Shown piece after piece: positions 39,915 through 49,780 of a stretch of 64,000 bases of DNA. Source of the DNA: an uncultured Acidobacteriota bacterium (GTDB lineage: Bacteria; Acidobacteriota; UBA6911); the NCBI GenBank assembly GCA_963843575.1, contig CAWJKZ010000019.1, positions 32,001 through 96,000 on the forward strand, read 5' to 3'. Each line of letters begins with the position of its first letter. Position 1 is the stretch's first letter. The notes under the pieces are model-generated. The model worked only from the letters and a program-made list of their open reading frames with translations. It searched no databases and was not told where the DNA came from. Made by a program: the position numbers and the translations under genes.

Positions 39915-40469
39915 TCAGAACCCCGGGATGCGGCGCTGCAGTGGGCCGATGTGGGTGCGGTGATAATCCAGGATGATCTGGACGGTGCCGCTCATCACCT
40001 CGTGTTCGTGGAACGGGACTTCGTCCTCCCCCAACAGCTGCGCCAGACTGGTGTCGATCGCCTCCTGGAATTCCAGATCCGTCGACCGCACGCCGTCCGC
40101 GCGCAGGTATTTGCGCGTGAAGGGCACTCTGAACAGGAGGTCGTACGTCCGGACCCAGTAGGAAGTCAGCGCGTGCAGTTCGCCGATGTGGCCGAACTTG
40201 TGATACAGATAGACGTAGTTGTCCAGCACGGACCGGTCGCAGATGATGTTCGGGTAGATCTTGTTCAGTTCCAGCTCACGAGAGATTGTCGTGGTCAGGA
40301 TCCACGTCTGGGCTTCGAGGCTGGTCTCCTCGTTGATCGGGAACGGGCAGCGACGTGCGATTTCGTCGATGAAACCGACGTCGAGGTGCTGCTTCTTGAG
40401 TTCGTTGCACAACTCGTAGGCCAGGGTGGTCTTGCCGATGCCGTGGGTGCCGATAAACGCGATCTTCAT
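39915..40469 (-). CDS. P-loop nucleotide-kinase-like ATPase (AAA_28 / NadR-C-like)
   Basis: IAFIGTHGIGKTT Walker A; EIAR, ICDRSVLD and DGVR motifs. Confidence 0.8.
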   Translation of the reverse strand: MKIAFIGTHGIGKTTLAYELCNELKKQHLDVGFIDEIARRCPFPINEETSLEAQTWILTTTISRELELNKIYPNIICDRSVLDNYVYLYHKFGHIGELHALTSYWVRTYDLLFRVPFTRKYLRADGVRSTDLEFQEAIDTSLAQLLGEDEVPFHEHEVMSGTVQIILDYHRTHIGPLQRRIPGF

Positions 40470-40563
40470 AGGGTTCCCATGCTAACACCAACCGGGTTTT
40501 GGAGTCTTGGGGCCTTTGCCATGACCCGGTGGCTTTGCAGGCGCCCGGAGACGGGTCAAGCTG

Positions 40564-41550
40564 ATGTTTGAAGACGTCTACCAGGCATTCGCACCGCGCC
40601 TGGGCGAGGCTCCTTTCTGGGAGACTTGGTGCGCCACCCTGAACCACCTCAGCAGCGGGGCCGGATTCTGGATTCGGTATGCCGTCGTCGCACCACGGGG
40701 TGCTCCGGCCCGCGCCGAAGTCTGGTTCGCCTCGTTTACACCCGGACGCGACAGCGCCTTGGCCGCGCTCGGGTCCGCCTTCGCCCGCGGCGACTTCGAG
40801 ATCGCGGTCGATCCGGCTTCGGTGCGGGCCGGTCCCTGTCTGCTCGAGTTTGACGGCATGACGGGCATGCTCGCCGCTGCAGGGACTCCGGTGACGTGGG
40901 ACCTGGCATACCATCCGGTCACGGAACCCCTGCAATACTTTCCCGAGCGGCCCTGGCCGGCGCGGCTTCCGAGGCTCGTCGTCCCCTATCCCTTCATGCT
41001 GATCGGGGGCAAAATCCAGGTCCGCGATCACCAGTTCGCTTTCAACGGCGATCCCGGGCAGCTCAGCCATGCCTGGGGTTCCGCCACACCGGGCCGCTGG
41101 GGATGGTTTCACTGCAGCGCCTTCACCCGGGAGGGGGGCGATCCCGTGCCTGCCTACGTGACCGGGACTTTGCCGGGGCGGCGCTTTAGCATCCCCAGGG
41201 TCCGGTCGGGTTTCGGGCACCTCGTCTGGAACGAGCGGCACATCCCGTTGTGGCCCGCGCGGAGCGTCCACGGCGGGAGCCGGGGCGACTGGGCATGGCA
41301 GGGGAACTCCGGCGACGAGACGGTGGTCGCTCGGGTAACCCTACCCTGGGATGACCTTGTCGCCGCGGAACGACAGGGCCCCGACGGGAGGGTGACCTGC
41401 ATCCACCACACCGGCAGCGCGACCTGCGAGGTCCGTTTCACCTCGCCGCGCCAGGCGCCTGTCTCGTTTACCGCCACCCGGCTGGCCCATGCGCAGATCG
41501 CGGGTCCGGTGCTCGATCCCCGGGCCCGGCGCCTGTTGCGCATGCTATAA
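40564..41550 (+). CDS. Hypothetical protein, possibly tocopherol cyclase / CrtC-like beta fold
   Basis: ETW, GFWIRY and HAWGS..WGWFHC aromatic motifs; the family assignment is tentative. Confidence 0.55.
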   Translation: MFEDVYQAFAPRLGEAPFWETWCATLNHLSSGAGFWIRYAVVAPRGAPARAEVWFASFTPGRDSALAALGSAFARGDFEIAVDPASVRAGPCLLEFDGMTGMLAAAGTPVTWDLAYHPVTEPLQYFPERPWPARLPRLVVPYPFMLIGGKIQVRDHQFAFNGDPGQLSHAWGSATPGRWGWFHCSAFTREGGDPVPAYVTGTLPGRRFSIPRVRSGFGHLVWNERHIPLWPARSVHGGSRGDWAWQGNSGDETVVARVTLPWDDLVAAERQGPDGRVTCIHHTGSATCEVRFTSPRQAPVSFTATRLAHAQIAGPVLDPRARRLLRML

Positions 41551-41609
41551 TTTGCCGGCAAAGACGCAGAGAGCTGGAAGCCGCGGCGCCTCCACAGAAC
41601 GGATTCCGC

Positions 41610-41966
41610 ATGGGACCCTTTGTGAAACACGTGTTCGTGTGCACGAGCGGGAGCGTTTGCCCCGTCGACACGGACTCCGTCTCGGTCCACGCCCGCCTGA
41701 AACAGCTCGTCAAAGCAGCGGGCTTGAGCGACACCATCCGGGTGAACCACTCCGGGTGCCTGGATCAGTGCGGTCACGGTCCGATGATCGCCGTCTACCC
41801 CGAGAACGTCTGGTACTGCCATGTGTCCGCGGACGACGCCGAGGAGATTTTTCGCGAGCACCTCGCGGGCGGGCGTCCCGTGGAGCGCCTGATATACCGG
41901 CCGCTGAAGCCGGGAGCCAACAAGCTCAGCCGGCCTGTCCCCGCCAAGACCGGAGCACCGGAATGA
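41610..41966 (+). CDS. Thioredoxin-like (2Fe-2S) ferredoxin
   Basis: HVFVCT..C, GCLDQCGHGP, VYPENVWY and GRPVERL motifs. Confidence 0.9.
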   Translation: MGPFVKHVFVCTSGSVCPVDTDSVSVHARLKQLVKAAGLSDTIRVNHSGCLDQCGHGPMIAVYPENVWYCHVSADDAEEIFREHLAGGRPVERLIYRPLKPGANKLSRPVPAKTGAPE

Positions 41967-43051
41967 CGGAAGTCCAGAAGTCGCCCCTCAACGCGCTGTT
42001 GGCCTCGTCTCGCGGTGTGGCCACCCAGGAGTACTGGGGCTGGGAGATCGTCGCCGGATTCGGTGATCCCCGCGAGGAGTACGACGCGGTGGTCGGCTCT
42101 GCGGGGGTCCTGGATCTGTCGTATGCCGGCAAGCTGCGGATCACCGGGCGCGACCGGGTGCGCTACCTGCACAACATGCTGTCGAACGACGTCAGGAAAC
42201 TGAGTCCCGGAAACGGCTGCTACGCCGCGCTGCTGTCGCACCAGGGCCGGATGGAATCCGATGTGTTCGTCTACGCCGCCCAGGATGAACTCTGGCTCGA
42301 GTGCTCCCCCGCCGCCCGTCGGCGTCTTGTCGAAACGCTTGTCCGCTTTATCGTTTCCGACGATGTCGTGGTCGAGGACTGTACGGGGAAGATGGCGATC
42401 GTGTCCGTGCAGGGGCCGGGAGCAGCCGGGGTCGCTGGCAGGACCATGGGGGTCGACTTGTCCTCCCTTGGCCCACTCGATCACCGCAGCGTCGGCGAAG
42501 GCACGGGGGCGTCCTTCCTCGTGCGGCGCGATCGGACCGGTTGCGGCGGATTCGATGTCTGGACCGCACCCGAGGAAGCCGCGTCGCTGTGGCGGCGGTG
42601 GGTCGACCTCGAGCGCCTGCGGCCGGTAGGTCATCAGGCCCTCGACTGGTTGCGCACGGAGGCGGGGATCCCCTGGTTCGGAGTCGACATGGACGAGCGC
42701 CGGCTCCCGATGGAGATGGGTCTGACCTCCGCCCTGAGCTACTCGAAGGGCTGCTACCGGGGACAGGAGATCGTGGCGCGCGTGACGCACCGCGGCCACC
42801 TGGACCGTGGCTTCGGAGGCGTGGCGCTCGGCACCTCGGATCCCCCGCAGGCGGGCGCGGAGATCCACTCCGGGGACGCCAAGGTCGGCGAAGTCACCTC
42901 GGCCACCTTCTCCCCGGCTCTCGGCTCGGTGCTGGCCCTGGGCATTCTCAAGCTTGCGTTTCTAAGCCCGGGACAGCCTGTCGAGGTGATCGACGGCGAA
43001 ACCCCTATTCCCGGCCGCGTGGTCGAATTGCCCCTGCCCCGAAGCCGCTAA
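41963..43051 (+). CDS. YgfZ/GcvT-like folate-binding aminomethyltransferase family protein
   Basis: KGCYRGQE YgfZ signature and LRTEAGIP; ATGA overlap with the ferredoxin. Confidence 0.87.
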   Translation: MTEVQKSPLNALLASSRGVATQEYWGWEIVAGFGDPREEYDAVVGSAGVLDLSYAGKLRITGRDRVRYLHNMLSNDVRKLSPGNGCYAALLSHQGRMESDVFVYAAQDELWLECSPAARRRLVETLVRFIVSDDVVVEDCTGKMAIVSVQGPGAAGVAGRTMGVDLSSLGPLDHRSVGEGTGASFLVRRDRTGCGGFDVWTAPEEAASLWRRWVDLERLRPVGHQALDWLRTEAGIPWFGVDMDERRLPMEMGLTSALSYSKGCYRGQEIVARVTHRGHLDRGFGGVALGTSDPPQAGAEIHSGDAKVGEVTSATFSPALGSVLALGILKLAFLSPGQPVEVIDGETPIPGRVVELPLPRSR

Positions 43052-43097
43052 ACCGGAAACTAGAAAGCCGAAGCTGCACGGCTCCCAGCTGCGCTGT

Positions 43098-43940
43098 TCA
43101 ATTGCACGAGCCCACGATCCCGCGCAGCGTTTTGACGTGGGATTCGATATAAGTTGCGTCGTCGGGCGAGCTGCTGTGGGCCAGGTAGAACTCGAGGTCA
43201 GCCAGGGCTTTGGCGAACAGGCTCGTCTGCATGTAGAGCAGGCCGCGATCCCGGATCTCCGAGGGGATGCCCGGGTTCAGGATGAGGATCCGCTCGACGA
43301 CCGAAATGGCCTTCTGATAGTCGTCCTTCTGATAGTAGATCCCCTTGAGGTTGAACAGCATCCGCGTGATGATCGCCTTTTTGCTCATGGCCTGCAGATA
43401 CGTAGGTTGGACCGCGACCGTCCCACCGTATACGCGGTCGAGCAGCTCCTGGCACTGGTTGTGGGTAAGGACCCGGCCCTGGCTGAAGGGATCGATGAGG
43501 AGCTCCTGCTGCTCGTCGGTGTGCTTCACCAGAAAATGGCCGGGAAACCCGATGCCGTGTATCGGCAGCCCCAGTCGGCGGGCCACCTCGATGTAGATCA
43601 CGGAAAGGGATATCGGGATGCCCTTTTTCGTGTCCAGCACCTCGTTGAGAAAGCTGTTGCGCGGGTCGTAGTAGTTTTCGGTATTACCCCGAAGCCCTTC
43701 CTGGACGAAGAGGATCTCGTTCAAGGCCTCCAGCGTGTTCGCGGCACCGCGGTTCTGGCCAAGCAGCACTTCGCAGCGGGCGGCCATGGTATCGAGCCGG
43801 CGCAGATAACTGTCGATTTCGAGGTTCGGGTATTCCTCGAGCGCAATGGTGAGGGCCGCACGGTCCAGGGGGAAGACACTCTCGTCGTGCGCCGCCAACT
43901 CGGCGAAGGTGCCGCGAGCCCGGAGCGTGTCGCTTATCAC
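43098..43940 (-). CDS. SirB1 / transglutaminase-like protein with C-terminal TPR
   Basis: GNTENYYDPRNSFLNEVL, GIPISLSVIY, GFPGHFL, IDPF and EIRDRG motifs; GTG start overlaps the HAD stop. Confidence 0.9.
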   Translation of the reverse strand: MISDTLRARGTFAELAAHDESVFPLDRAALTIALEEYPNLEIDSYLRRLDTMAARCEVLLGQNRGAANTLEALNEILFVQEGLRGNTENYYDPRNSFLNEVLDTKKGIPISLSVIYIEVARRLGLPIHGIGFPGHFLVKHTDEQQELLIDPFSQGRVLTHNQCQELLDRVYGGTVAVQPTYLQAMSKKAIITRMLFNLKGIYYQKDDYQKAISVVERILILNPGIPSEIRDRGLLYMQTSLFAKALADLEFYLAHSSSPDDATYIESHVKTLRGIVGSCN

Positions 43941-44638
43941 GGAGTGTCCTTGAACAGGTCCTGGAGGCTTTCGAGGGTCAACCCCTCGAGCGAGGCGGCG
44001 ACACGGCTGGCCGCGGCCGCGGCCAGCTGCTCCCGTGCATATGTGTTGCTGATGGCGAGACACTCCATCCCTGCGGCACGCGCCCCACGGACGCCGCCCA
44101 GCGAATCCTCGATGACGAGGCACTCGCGGGCCTCGATCGGGCCGCCGTTTCCGTCGATGCTCCGGTTGAGCTGCTGAAGCGCCAGGAGGAAACTCTCAGG
44201 GTGGGGTTTCCCGAGGGTAAAATCCTGTGCGGCGACCACGATCCGGAAGCACCCCTTGAGCCCGGTGGCTTGGAGCGTGCTCTCGACCTCGTCGCGCCGC
44301 GCTCCGGACGCGATGGCCAGCGGATAGCGCGAGGCCGCGAGCCGGATGAACTCCGCAGCGCCGGGGAAGAGCGGATACTCGTTGCTCATCAGGGACTTGT
44401 AGGTCTGCACCTTCCCTACCAGCGCCGACTGTCGCTGCGCGGCGGTCAAGCGTACGCCATGGGTTGCGCATATCTCGTCGAGGCAGCGCTCATCGTCAAA
44501 GGGGAGGTAATTCGCCCAGTATTCCTCCGCCGACAGCTTGATCCCCAGGCCCGAGACCGTGTCGCGCATGGCCCGGAAGTGGATCGGCTCGTCGTTGAGG
44601 ATGACGCCGTTGAAGTCAAAAATAATCGCCTTTAGCAT
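43937..44638 (-). CDS. HAD family phosphatase
   Basis: FDFNGVILNDE, KPHPE and IEDS motifs. Confidence 0.9.
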   Translation of the reverse strand: MLKAIIFDFNGVILNDEPIHFRAMRDTVSGLGIKLSAEEYWANYLPFDDERCLDEICATHGVRLTAAQRQSALVGKVQTYKSLMSNEYPLFPGAAEFIRLAASRYPLAIASGARRDEVESTLQATGLKGCFRIVVAAQDFTLGKPHPESFLLALQQLNRSIDGNGGPIEARECLVIEDSLGGVRGARAAGMECLAISNTYAREQLAAAAASRVAASLEGLTLESLQDLFKDTP

Positions 44639-44661
44639 CCCAGTACTTATAACATAAAAGA

Positions 44662-44689
44662 GGAAGCCGGAAGCCGGAAGCCGGAAGAG
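44662..44689. repeat. Heptamer tandem (GGAAGCC)x3-4
   Basis: ggaagcc-ggaagcc-ggaagcc-ggaagag. Confidence 0.75.
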
Positions 44690-44724
44690 GCGCTTCGCTT
44701 GAAAGAGGAATGGGTTCGGGTTTC

Positions 44725-44916
44725 AGAGGCTGTCCAACGGTTGACGTTCAATCCGGACGAACTGAGGTAATCTGGAGTGCGTCGCCTCGGCGCCACGCCG
44801 AATTGCGAGATGCGACCCTGCGATCTCGGCCTTTGGTGGCGCCGAGGCGCCGCCACCAAAGCGGCGTCGAGCCCGTCGAGCTGCCGCACTCCACAATCAG
44901 CCGTTGGACAGCCTCT
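44725..44916. mobile_element. MITE-like element with 20-bp terminal inverted repeats enclosing a family-B REP doublet
   Basis: Left AGAGGCTGTCCAACGGTTGA (44725-44744); right TCAGCCGTTGGACAGCCTCT (44897-44916), 19/20 complementary. Inside is tggagtgcg...ccgcactcca (44773-44893). An identical left end occurs at 58556. Confidence 0.7.
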
Positions 44917-44943
44917 TCGGCCCGGAACACCTGGAAGGGTGCG

Positions 44944-45321
44944 ATGGCGCATGTAGAACCGAGCCGTGTGGTGGTTGCGGCAGTGGACGATCTGTTTTTT
45001 TCCACCAAAATCGAGTCCGCCGCCGCCGGGCTCGGGATCCGACTGATCGAGGCGCGGGACGCCCTGCAGCTGGAGGCGGCTCTGGCCGAGACCACGCCCG
45101 ATCTGGTGATCCTCGATCTGAACAGCCGGACATGCGAGCCACTTCAGGCTATCCGGCGTATCCGGGCGGAGCCTCGCTTCCGCGCGACGCGGCTGCTGGG
45201 CTTTCTCTCCCACGTCCAGAAGAAGTTGCACCAGGAGGCATTGGCCGCCGGCTGCGATGCGGTCGTCCCGCGCTCGCGCTTCTCCGCCGACCTGATTGGG
45301 ATTCTGCAAAGCGGAAGGTAG
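44944..45321 (+). CDS. Single-domain response regulator receiver (atypical)
   Basis: AVDDL and PDLVILDL; the usual beta-5 Lys appears to be replaced (VVPRS). Confidence 0.75.
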   Translation: MAHVEPSRVVVAAVDDLFFSTKIESAAAGLGIRLIEARDALQLEAALAETTPDLVILDLNSRTCEPLQAIRRIRAEPRFRATRLLGFLSHVQKKLHQEALAAGCDAVVPRSRFSADLIGILQSGR

Positions 45322-45322
45322 A

Positions 45323-45377
45323 GACGGAAGCCGGAAGCCAGGAACATTAGCCTGGCTCCCGGCTTCCGGCTTCTGTC
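45323..45377. terminator. Hairpin built from heptamer runs between convergent genes
   Basis: gacggaagccggaagccagg-aacattag-cctggctcccggcttccggcttctgtc fills the gap between two stop codons. Confidence 0.55.
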
Positions 45378-45379
45378 CC

Positions 45380-46294
45380 TCACTGCAAATCGATGGTGAG
45401 CGGATGTTGCAGGCGGAACTCCAGGATGGTTTCGGCCGGCACCTTGAGGGTCTGACCTTTGCTGAGCACCTGGACTCCGGTGCCGACCGCGGCACCCGTC
45501 GCCGCACCCACGGCTGCGCCCTTGCCTCCGCCGGCGATGGCGCCGATGATGGCGCCGAGGGCGGCACCCCCTCCCACGGTACCGGCAGTCCGCCTCGACC
45601 TCGAGGCGCCCACCTCAACGTGGTCCGACGTCCGGATCGGGTACGTCCTGCCGTTCAGCTTCAACTCGGTGAGTTCGAGGATCAGTTCGGATTGTCCCGT
45701 CAGCTTGCCGGACTCCTTGGCGTACGCGATGGAGCCCTTCACCGGCGTACCCGCTGGTGCTACGGTCCGGCCGTCAACCGTCAGAGGCTCTTCCAGGGTG
45801 GCATCGAACGCATCCCCGACCCGGTTCCTGTCGGTGTCGATCAATTCCGAGGTCCTGATGGTTACCGGGGTGTCTTCCGGGAGGGTCACGGAAGGTCCAC
45901 TCTGCTGCGGCGGGACTTCTCGGGCGCGTTGTTCGCTGACCGCCTCCCGCACCGGGCTTGGCTGCGGGGTCGTCGGTTGCGGTTGGGGGGCCGGCGCGGC
46001 CGCGGGGGCCTCCGCCGGCGCCGGCGCGGCGGTGGACGCCGCTGCGGGTGCCGCCACGGTGGTGCCGCTGGGCGGAGTCACCAGTTCAGGTTCTTTAAAG
46101 ATAATCTGGGACACTTCGGAGGTCTTGAACGTCTCGACCCTGCCCAGCACCCGGAACTCGATGACGCCGTTTTCGGCACGAACGAGCTTGCCGGAATATT
46201 CTTGCCCATTCTTGAGGATCAACTGGTCGGCCAACGCCCCGGTCGCGATCGCGAGCGTGGCAAGCACTGCCAGAACCATAAGCCTGGATTTCAT
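45380..46294 (-). CDS. Secreted hypothetical protein with Pro/Ala linker, VirB10/TrbI-like beta domain and glycine zipper
   Basis: Signal peptide; DQLILKNG N-domain; GDAFDATLEEPL..G; GAALGAIIGAIAGGGKGAAVGA. Confidence 0.75.
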   Translation of the reverse strand: MKSRLMVLAVLATLAIATGALADQLILKNGQEYSGKLVRAENGVIEFRVLGRVETFKTSEVSQIIFKEPELVTPPSGTTVAAPAAASTAAPAPAEAPAAAPAPQPQPTTPQPSPVREAVSEQRAREVPPQQSGPSVTLPEDTPVTIRTSELIDTDRNRVGDAFDATLEEPLTVDGRTVAPAGTPVKGSIAYAKESGKLTGQSELILELTELKLNGRTYPIRTSDHVEVGASRSRRTAGTVGGGAALGAIIGAIAGGGKGAAVGAATGAAVGTGVQVLSKGQTLKVPAETILEFRLQHPLTIDLQ

Positions 46295-46456
46295 TATTAG
46301 TCCCCCCTGGATTATCGGCAGACCGGCAGATTACCGCCTGGGTCCCCCTCCGAATTGGATGCCGAAGGCCTTGGTGTGGTTCAAATCCGGGGGCCGTGTG
46401 GCATCGCGGTGTGCGGCGCAGGAACGCAGTAATGATAGAACCGGGGCCGCACGCAA

Positions 46457-47680
46457 TCAAGCGCCCGGGGCGCTCCGGTCAGGCCCCGCCCCCGCGACGC
46501 CGTGGCTCGTGACGCGATTGCGCAGGTTGACGAGGCTGAGCAGGAAGGCCACGGTCATGACAAGCCCGGCCGAAAGGAAAGGCCAGCGGTAGCCGAAGGC
46601 GTCGAACGTGTAGCCGCCCCACAGGGGCCCGAGGATGCGACCGAGGCTGGACATCGACTGCGCGATTCCCATGATGCCCCCCTGCTCGTCGGCATGGCTG
46701 GAGCGCGACAGGAGTCCCGCTATCGACGGGTTGTTAATCCCGGTTCCGAAGGAGAGCAGGGCCAGCAACGCGCAGTACGTCGTGGTGTCCGGTGCAAACG
46801 GCAGGAGCGCAAGCCCGAAGATCATGGTGAACGTCCCGATGGTGATGCAGAGCCTTTCCCCGAAACGCCGGACGAGCCTGCCGACTGCGACTCCCTGGAC
46901 GAGGCTCATCATGACTCCGATGAACGCAAACAGGTACCCGGTCTGCCGCGCGGAGAACCCGTATCGGTGTTCGTTGAGGAGCCCGAACGTCGATTCCATG
47001 TTGGCAAATGCGAAGGTCACCACGAAATAAAGGAGGAGCAGCAGGCCGACGTGGGGGTGGGTCAGGGCGCCGATCAAGGAGCGGGCGCTCATCGTGCGTT
47101 TCAGCGCGCCCGTGCGGTTCTCGGGGGGCAGCGATTCCGGGAGCCGGAACCAGGCGAACAGCAGGTTCAATCCCGCCATGACGGAGGCGAGCAGGGCAGG
47201 CTTGTCGTACCCGTAGGGGGCCAGCAGCCCGCCGATTGCCGGACCCAGGATGAATCCCAAGCCGAACGCCGCCCCGATCAGTCCCATGCCCCGAGCCCGG
47301 TTTTCGGGGGGCGTCACGTCGGCGATATAGGCGCTCGTGGTCGGGATGATCGCTCCGGCGATCCCGGCGACCATGCGCCCGGCAAACAGGAAAGGCAGGC
47401 TGCGTGCCGTGCCGAAAATCAGGAAGCCTACGCACGACCCGGCCAGGCTCAGCATGATGAGAGGGCGCCGGCCAAACCGGTCCGACAGGCGTCCCCAGAC
47501 GGGCGTGAACAGGAACTGCATCAGGGAATAGCTCGTCGAGAGCAGCCCGATAGCCAGCGACGATGCCCCGTAGGTCTCCGCGTAGTAAGGCAGCAGCGGC
47601 AGGACGATGCCGAACCCGACGAGATCGATGAAGACCGTCAGGAAAACGATGACCAGCGGGGAACGTTTCGTTCGGCTCAT
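46457..47680 (-). CDS. MFS transporter (TetA/DHA1-like)
   Basis: DLVGFGIVLPLLP, GRLSDRFGRRP motif A and GFILGP motif C. Confidence 0.9.
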   Translation of the reverse strand: MSRTKRSPLVIVFLTVFIDLVGFGIVLPLLPYYAETYGASSLAIGLLSTSYSLMQFLFTPVWGRLSDRFGRRPLIMLSLAGSCVGFLIFGTARSLPFLFAGRMVAGIAGAIIPTTSAYIADVTPPENRARGMGLIGAAFGLGFILGPAIGGLLAPYGYDKPALLASVMAGLNLLFAWFRLPESLPPENRTGALKRTMSARSLIGALTHPHVGLLLLLYFVVTFAFANMESTFGLLNEHRYGFSARQTGYLFAFIGVMMSLVQGVAVGRLVRRFGERLCITIGTFTMIFGLALLPFAPDTTTYCALLALLSFGTGINNPSIAGLLSRSSHADEQGGIMGIAQSMSSLGRILGPLWGGYTFDAFGYRWPFLSAGLVMTVAFLLSLVNLRNRVTSHGVAGAGPDRSAPGA

Positions 47681-47791
47681 ACCTCACGCCTGCACTTCAT
47701 TGGCATTTCACGGGACGCGCGCACACGAAGAACTCGCCTCGAAGCCTCAAGGACTCAAAGAATCTCGCAGGGCTTCCTCGCTGATTTGGGT

Positions 47792-48541
47792 TCACCGGAT
47801 GCCGAGGGCGGACTGGATCACCGGTTCGTGGGGGTAACCGTGCGCCAGATACTGCCGCAGCCCTTCGGCGTAAGCCACCCCCGATTCCGGGCCGTAGCGC
47901 GCCGCCCAGGAAGTCACCCGGTTCAGGTACTCGTCGACCCCGTGGTGGTGCCGCAGCCAGTCGCGCTGCGAGCGGTGCATGGCCAGCATGCGCCGCTTGT
48001 CGTCCATCGTGCCGCTGATGTCGACGTAGAACTGCGGGATGACGCGCTGGCCCGACGCGTCGATCCCCTCGACCGGGTCGGCATAGTACAGGGCCGGGGT
48101 GGCGCGGGTAATCGGGGCCGGGTCGGCGCGGAGGGTGTCAAAGAGCGGTACCGCGATGGCGAAAGTGGCGCCCCGGACGAGGCGGGAGGCCTCCTCGTGG
48201 TCGAGCATGTAATCGGCTGGGGAGTGCGCGATGACGACGTCCGGGGCGAACGCCCGCATCACCTCGACGACGCTGCGGAGGTTCTCGATGTTGGCGAACA
48301 CCTCGAGATCCTTCAAGCCGGCGCAGCGATAGGTTGCGCCGAGCAGCGTCGCCGCGGCCTCCGCCTCGGCTAGGCGTATCCGCGCGATCCCCTCGCGGGT
48401 TTCGGTGGACGACCCGCAGTCGCCCGGCGTCATGGTGGCGATGCCGACAGTCCATCCTGCGGCTTTGAGACGGAAGAGCGTTCCGCCGATCAGGATCTCG
48501 GCGTCGTCCGGGTGAGACATGAAAGCGAGTACTCGGGTCAC
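47792..48541 (-). CDS. PIG-L/LmbE family deacetylase
   Basis: GTG start ([15 protein letters not shown]); [11 protein letters not shown] and HRSQ motifs. Confidence 0.88.
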   Translation of the reverse strand: MTRVLAFMSHPDDAEILIGGTLFRLKAAGWTVGIATMTPGDCGSSTETREGIARIRLAEAEAAATLLGATYRCAGLKDLEVFANIENLRSVVEVMRAFAPDVVIAHSPADYMLDHEEASRLVRGATFAIAVPLFDTLRADPAPITRATPALYYADPVEGIDASGQRVIPQFYVDISGTMDDKRRMLAMHRSQRDWLRHHHGVDEYLNRVTSWAARYGPESGVAYAEGLRQYLAHGYPHEPVIQSALGIR

Positions 48542-49762
48542 GTTGTCCTCTTTTTCTCGTGTGTGATGAGTCCGCCGGTGTCCGGCTGCCGCGCGATATC
48601 CGCAGCGCTGCGCCAGATCCCCGAGAACGTGGGTTCCCACGCGGGCGCGGCTAGTGGGATCGCCTTGCGGGGCCAGCCCGAGGCGATGCGCCGCCGGGTT
48701 TCGTCCCACGTGCGCAAACCGCTGAGCGCGTCGGGGGCCTCGACGTTGCAGCCACCGACCGCGCAGGCGAACGTAAGGCAGTCCTCGGGCGTGCCGCCGC
48801 GCAGCAGCGCCGCGAGGAAGCCCGCGATGGTGGCATCGCCGGCCCCGGTGGTGCCCGCGACCTGGGTTTCGAAGCAAGGGGACCAGAGTTCGCGTCCCTC
48901 CCACGCACCGGACTGCGCGGGGCGAGCGCGTCCGAAGTCCGCCCAGGCCGCGGCCCCGGCCGTCGCCAGGTAGAATCCGTAGGGTCCCGAGCTTCAGGCC
49001 GACCACGGCGGGACCCATCTCGAGCAGGTGCGCTCCTATATCCTGCACGAGCGCCGGATCCGGAGCGGCCGCGAGGGCCCCGGCGGCCGCCGCGCGCCGG
49101 AAAATTTCCGGGTAGAGGGTGAATAGCGTCTCCTCGAAGCTCGGCAGAAAGATGTCGACGCGGGGAAGGGTCGCGGACAGTACCGCGGGCCAGTCGATCC
49201 GCCCCGAAAAGGAGTTCGGGTCGGGCATGCTCATGTCGAGTGACGTCGTGGCGCCGGCGGCCTTCGCCCGCTCGAACACCGCGCGCAGCTCGGCGCCCCC
49301 TCCGTCGATCACGCTGCGCAGCAGCGGCGGGTAGCCGAAATGAAACAGTCGCGCGCGCGCGACCATGGAGTAGTCGATGTCCGCCGAAACGAAGGTGTCG
49401 TTGCATCCGGGGCAGTGGAGAAACATCCGGTCCGTGCCGCGGGGGCTGACGATCAGGCTGTAGGACGTGGTCTCCCCGGCGACCTCGATCATCCCCTCCG
49501 TCAGTTCCGGGCCGCGTGCGGCCACGATGTCTCGGACGATCCGGCCAAAGGCGTCCCGCCCGACCTTCCCCATGAGCCGGGTCGATATCCCGAGCTTGTG
49601 CAGTGCGAGGCCGGTGTTGGACACCGGCCCGCCCGTGCTCAAAACCGCCGGCCCGATTTCAAGCAGGCGCCCGGGCGTGAAGGCGAGCCGCTCCTCCTCG
49701 ATGCTCGGGATGATGTCGAGGCAAAGGTGCCCCGCCACAACCACATCGACCCTTTCGGTCAT
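48538..49762 (-). CDS. PfkB family carbohydrate kinase, one frameshift near 48980
   Basis: [15 protein letters not shown] and GRDAFG; after the frame change [12 protein letters not shown] appears and the frame ends at a TGA overlapping the deacetylase GTG. Confidence 0.85.
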
Positions 49763-49780
49763 CTCCAACCCCCGTTCCGG

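Noticed and set aside
47792-49768. Apparent 658-aa PfkB kinase - PIG-L deacetylase fusion in the ORF track
   Set aside because: It results from a frameshift near 48980. The kinase C-terminal TTGAGD motif is in another frame that stops at 48538, overlapping the deacetylase's own GTG start.
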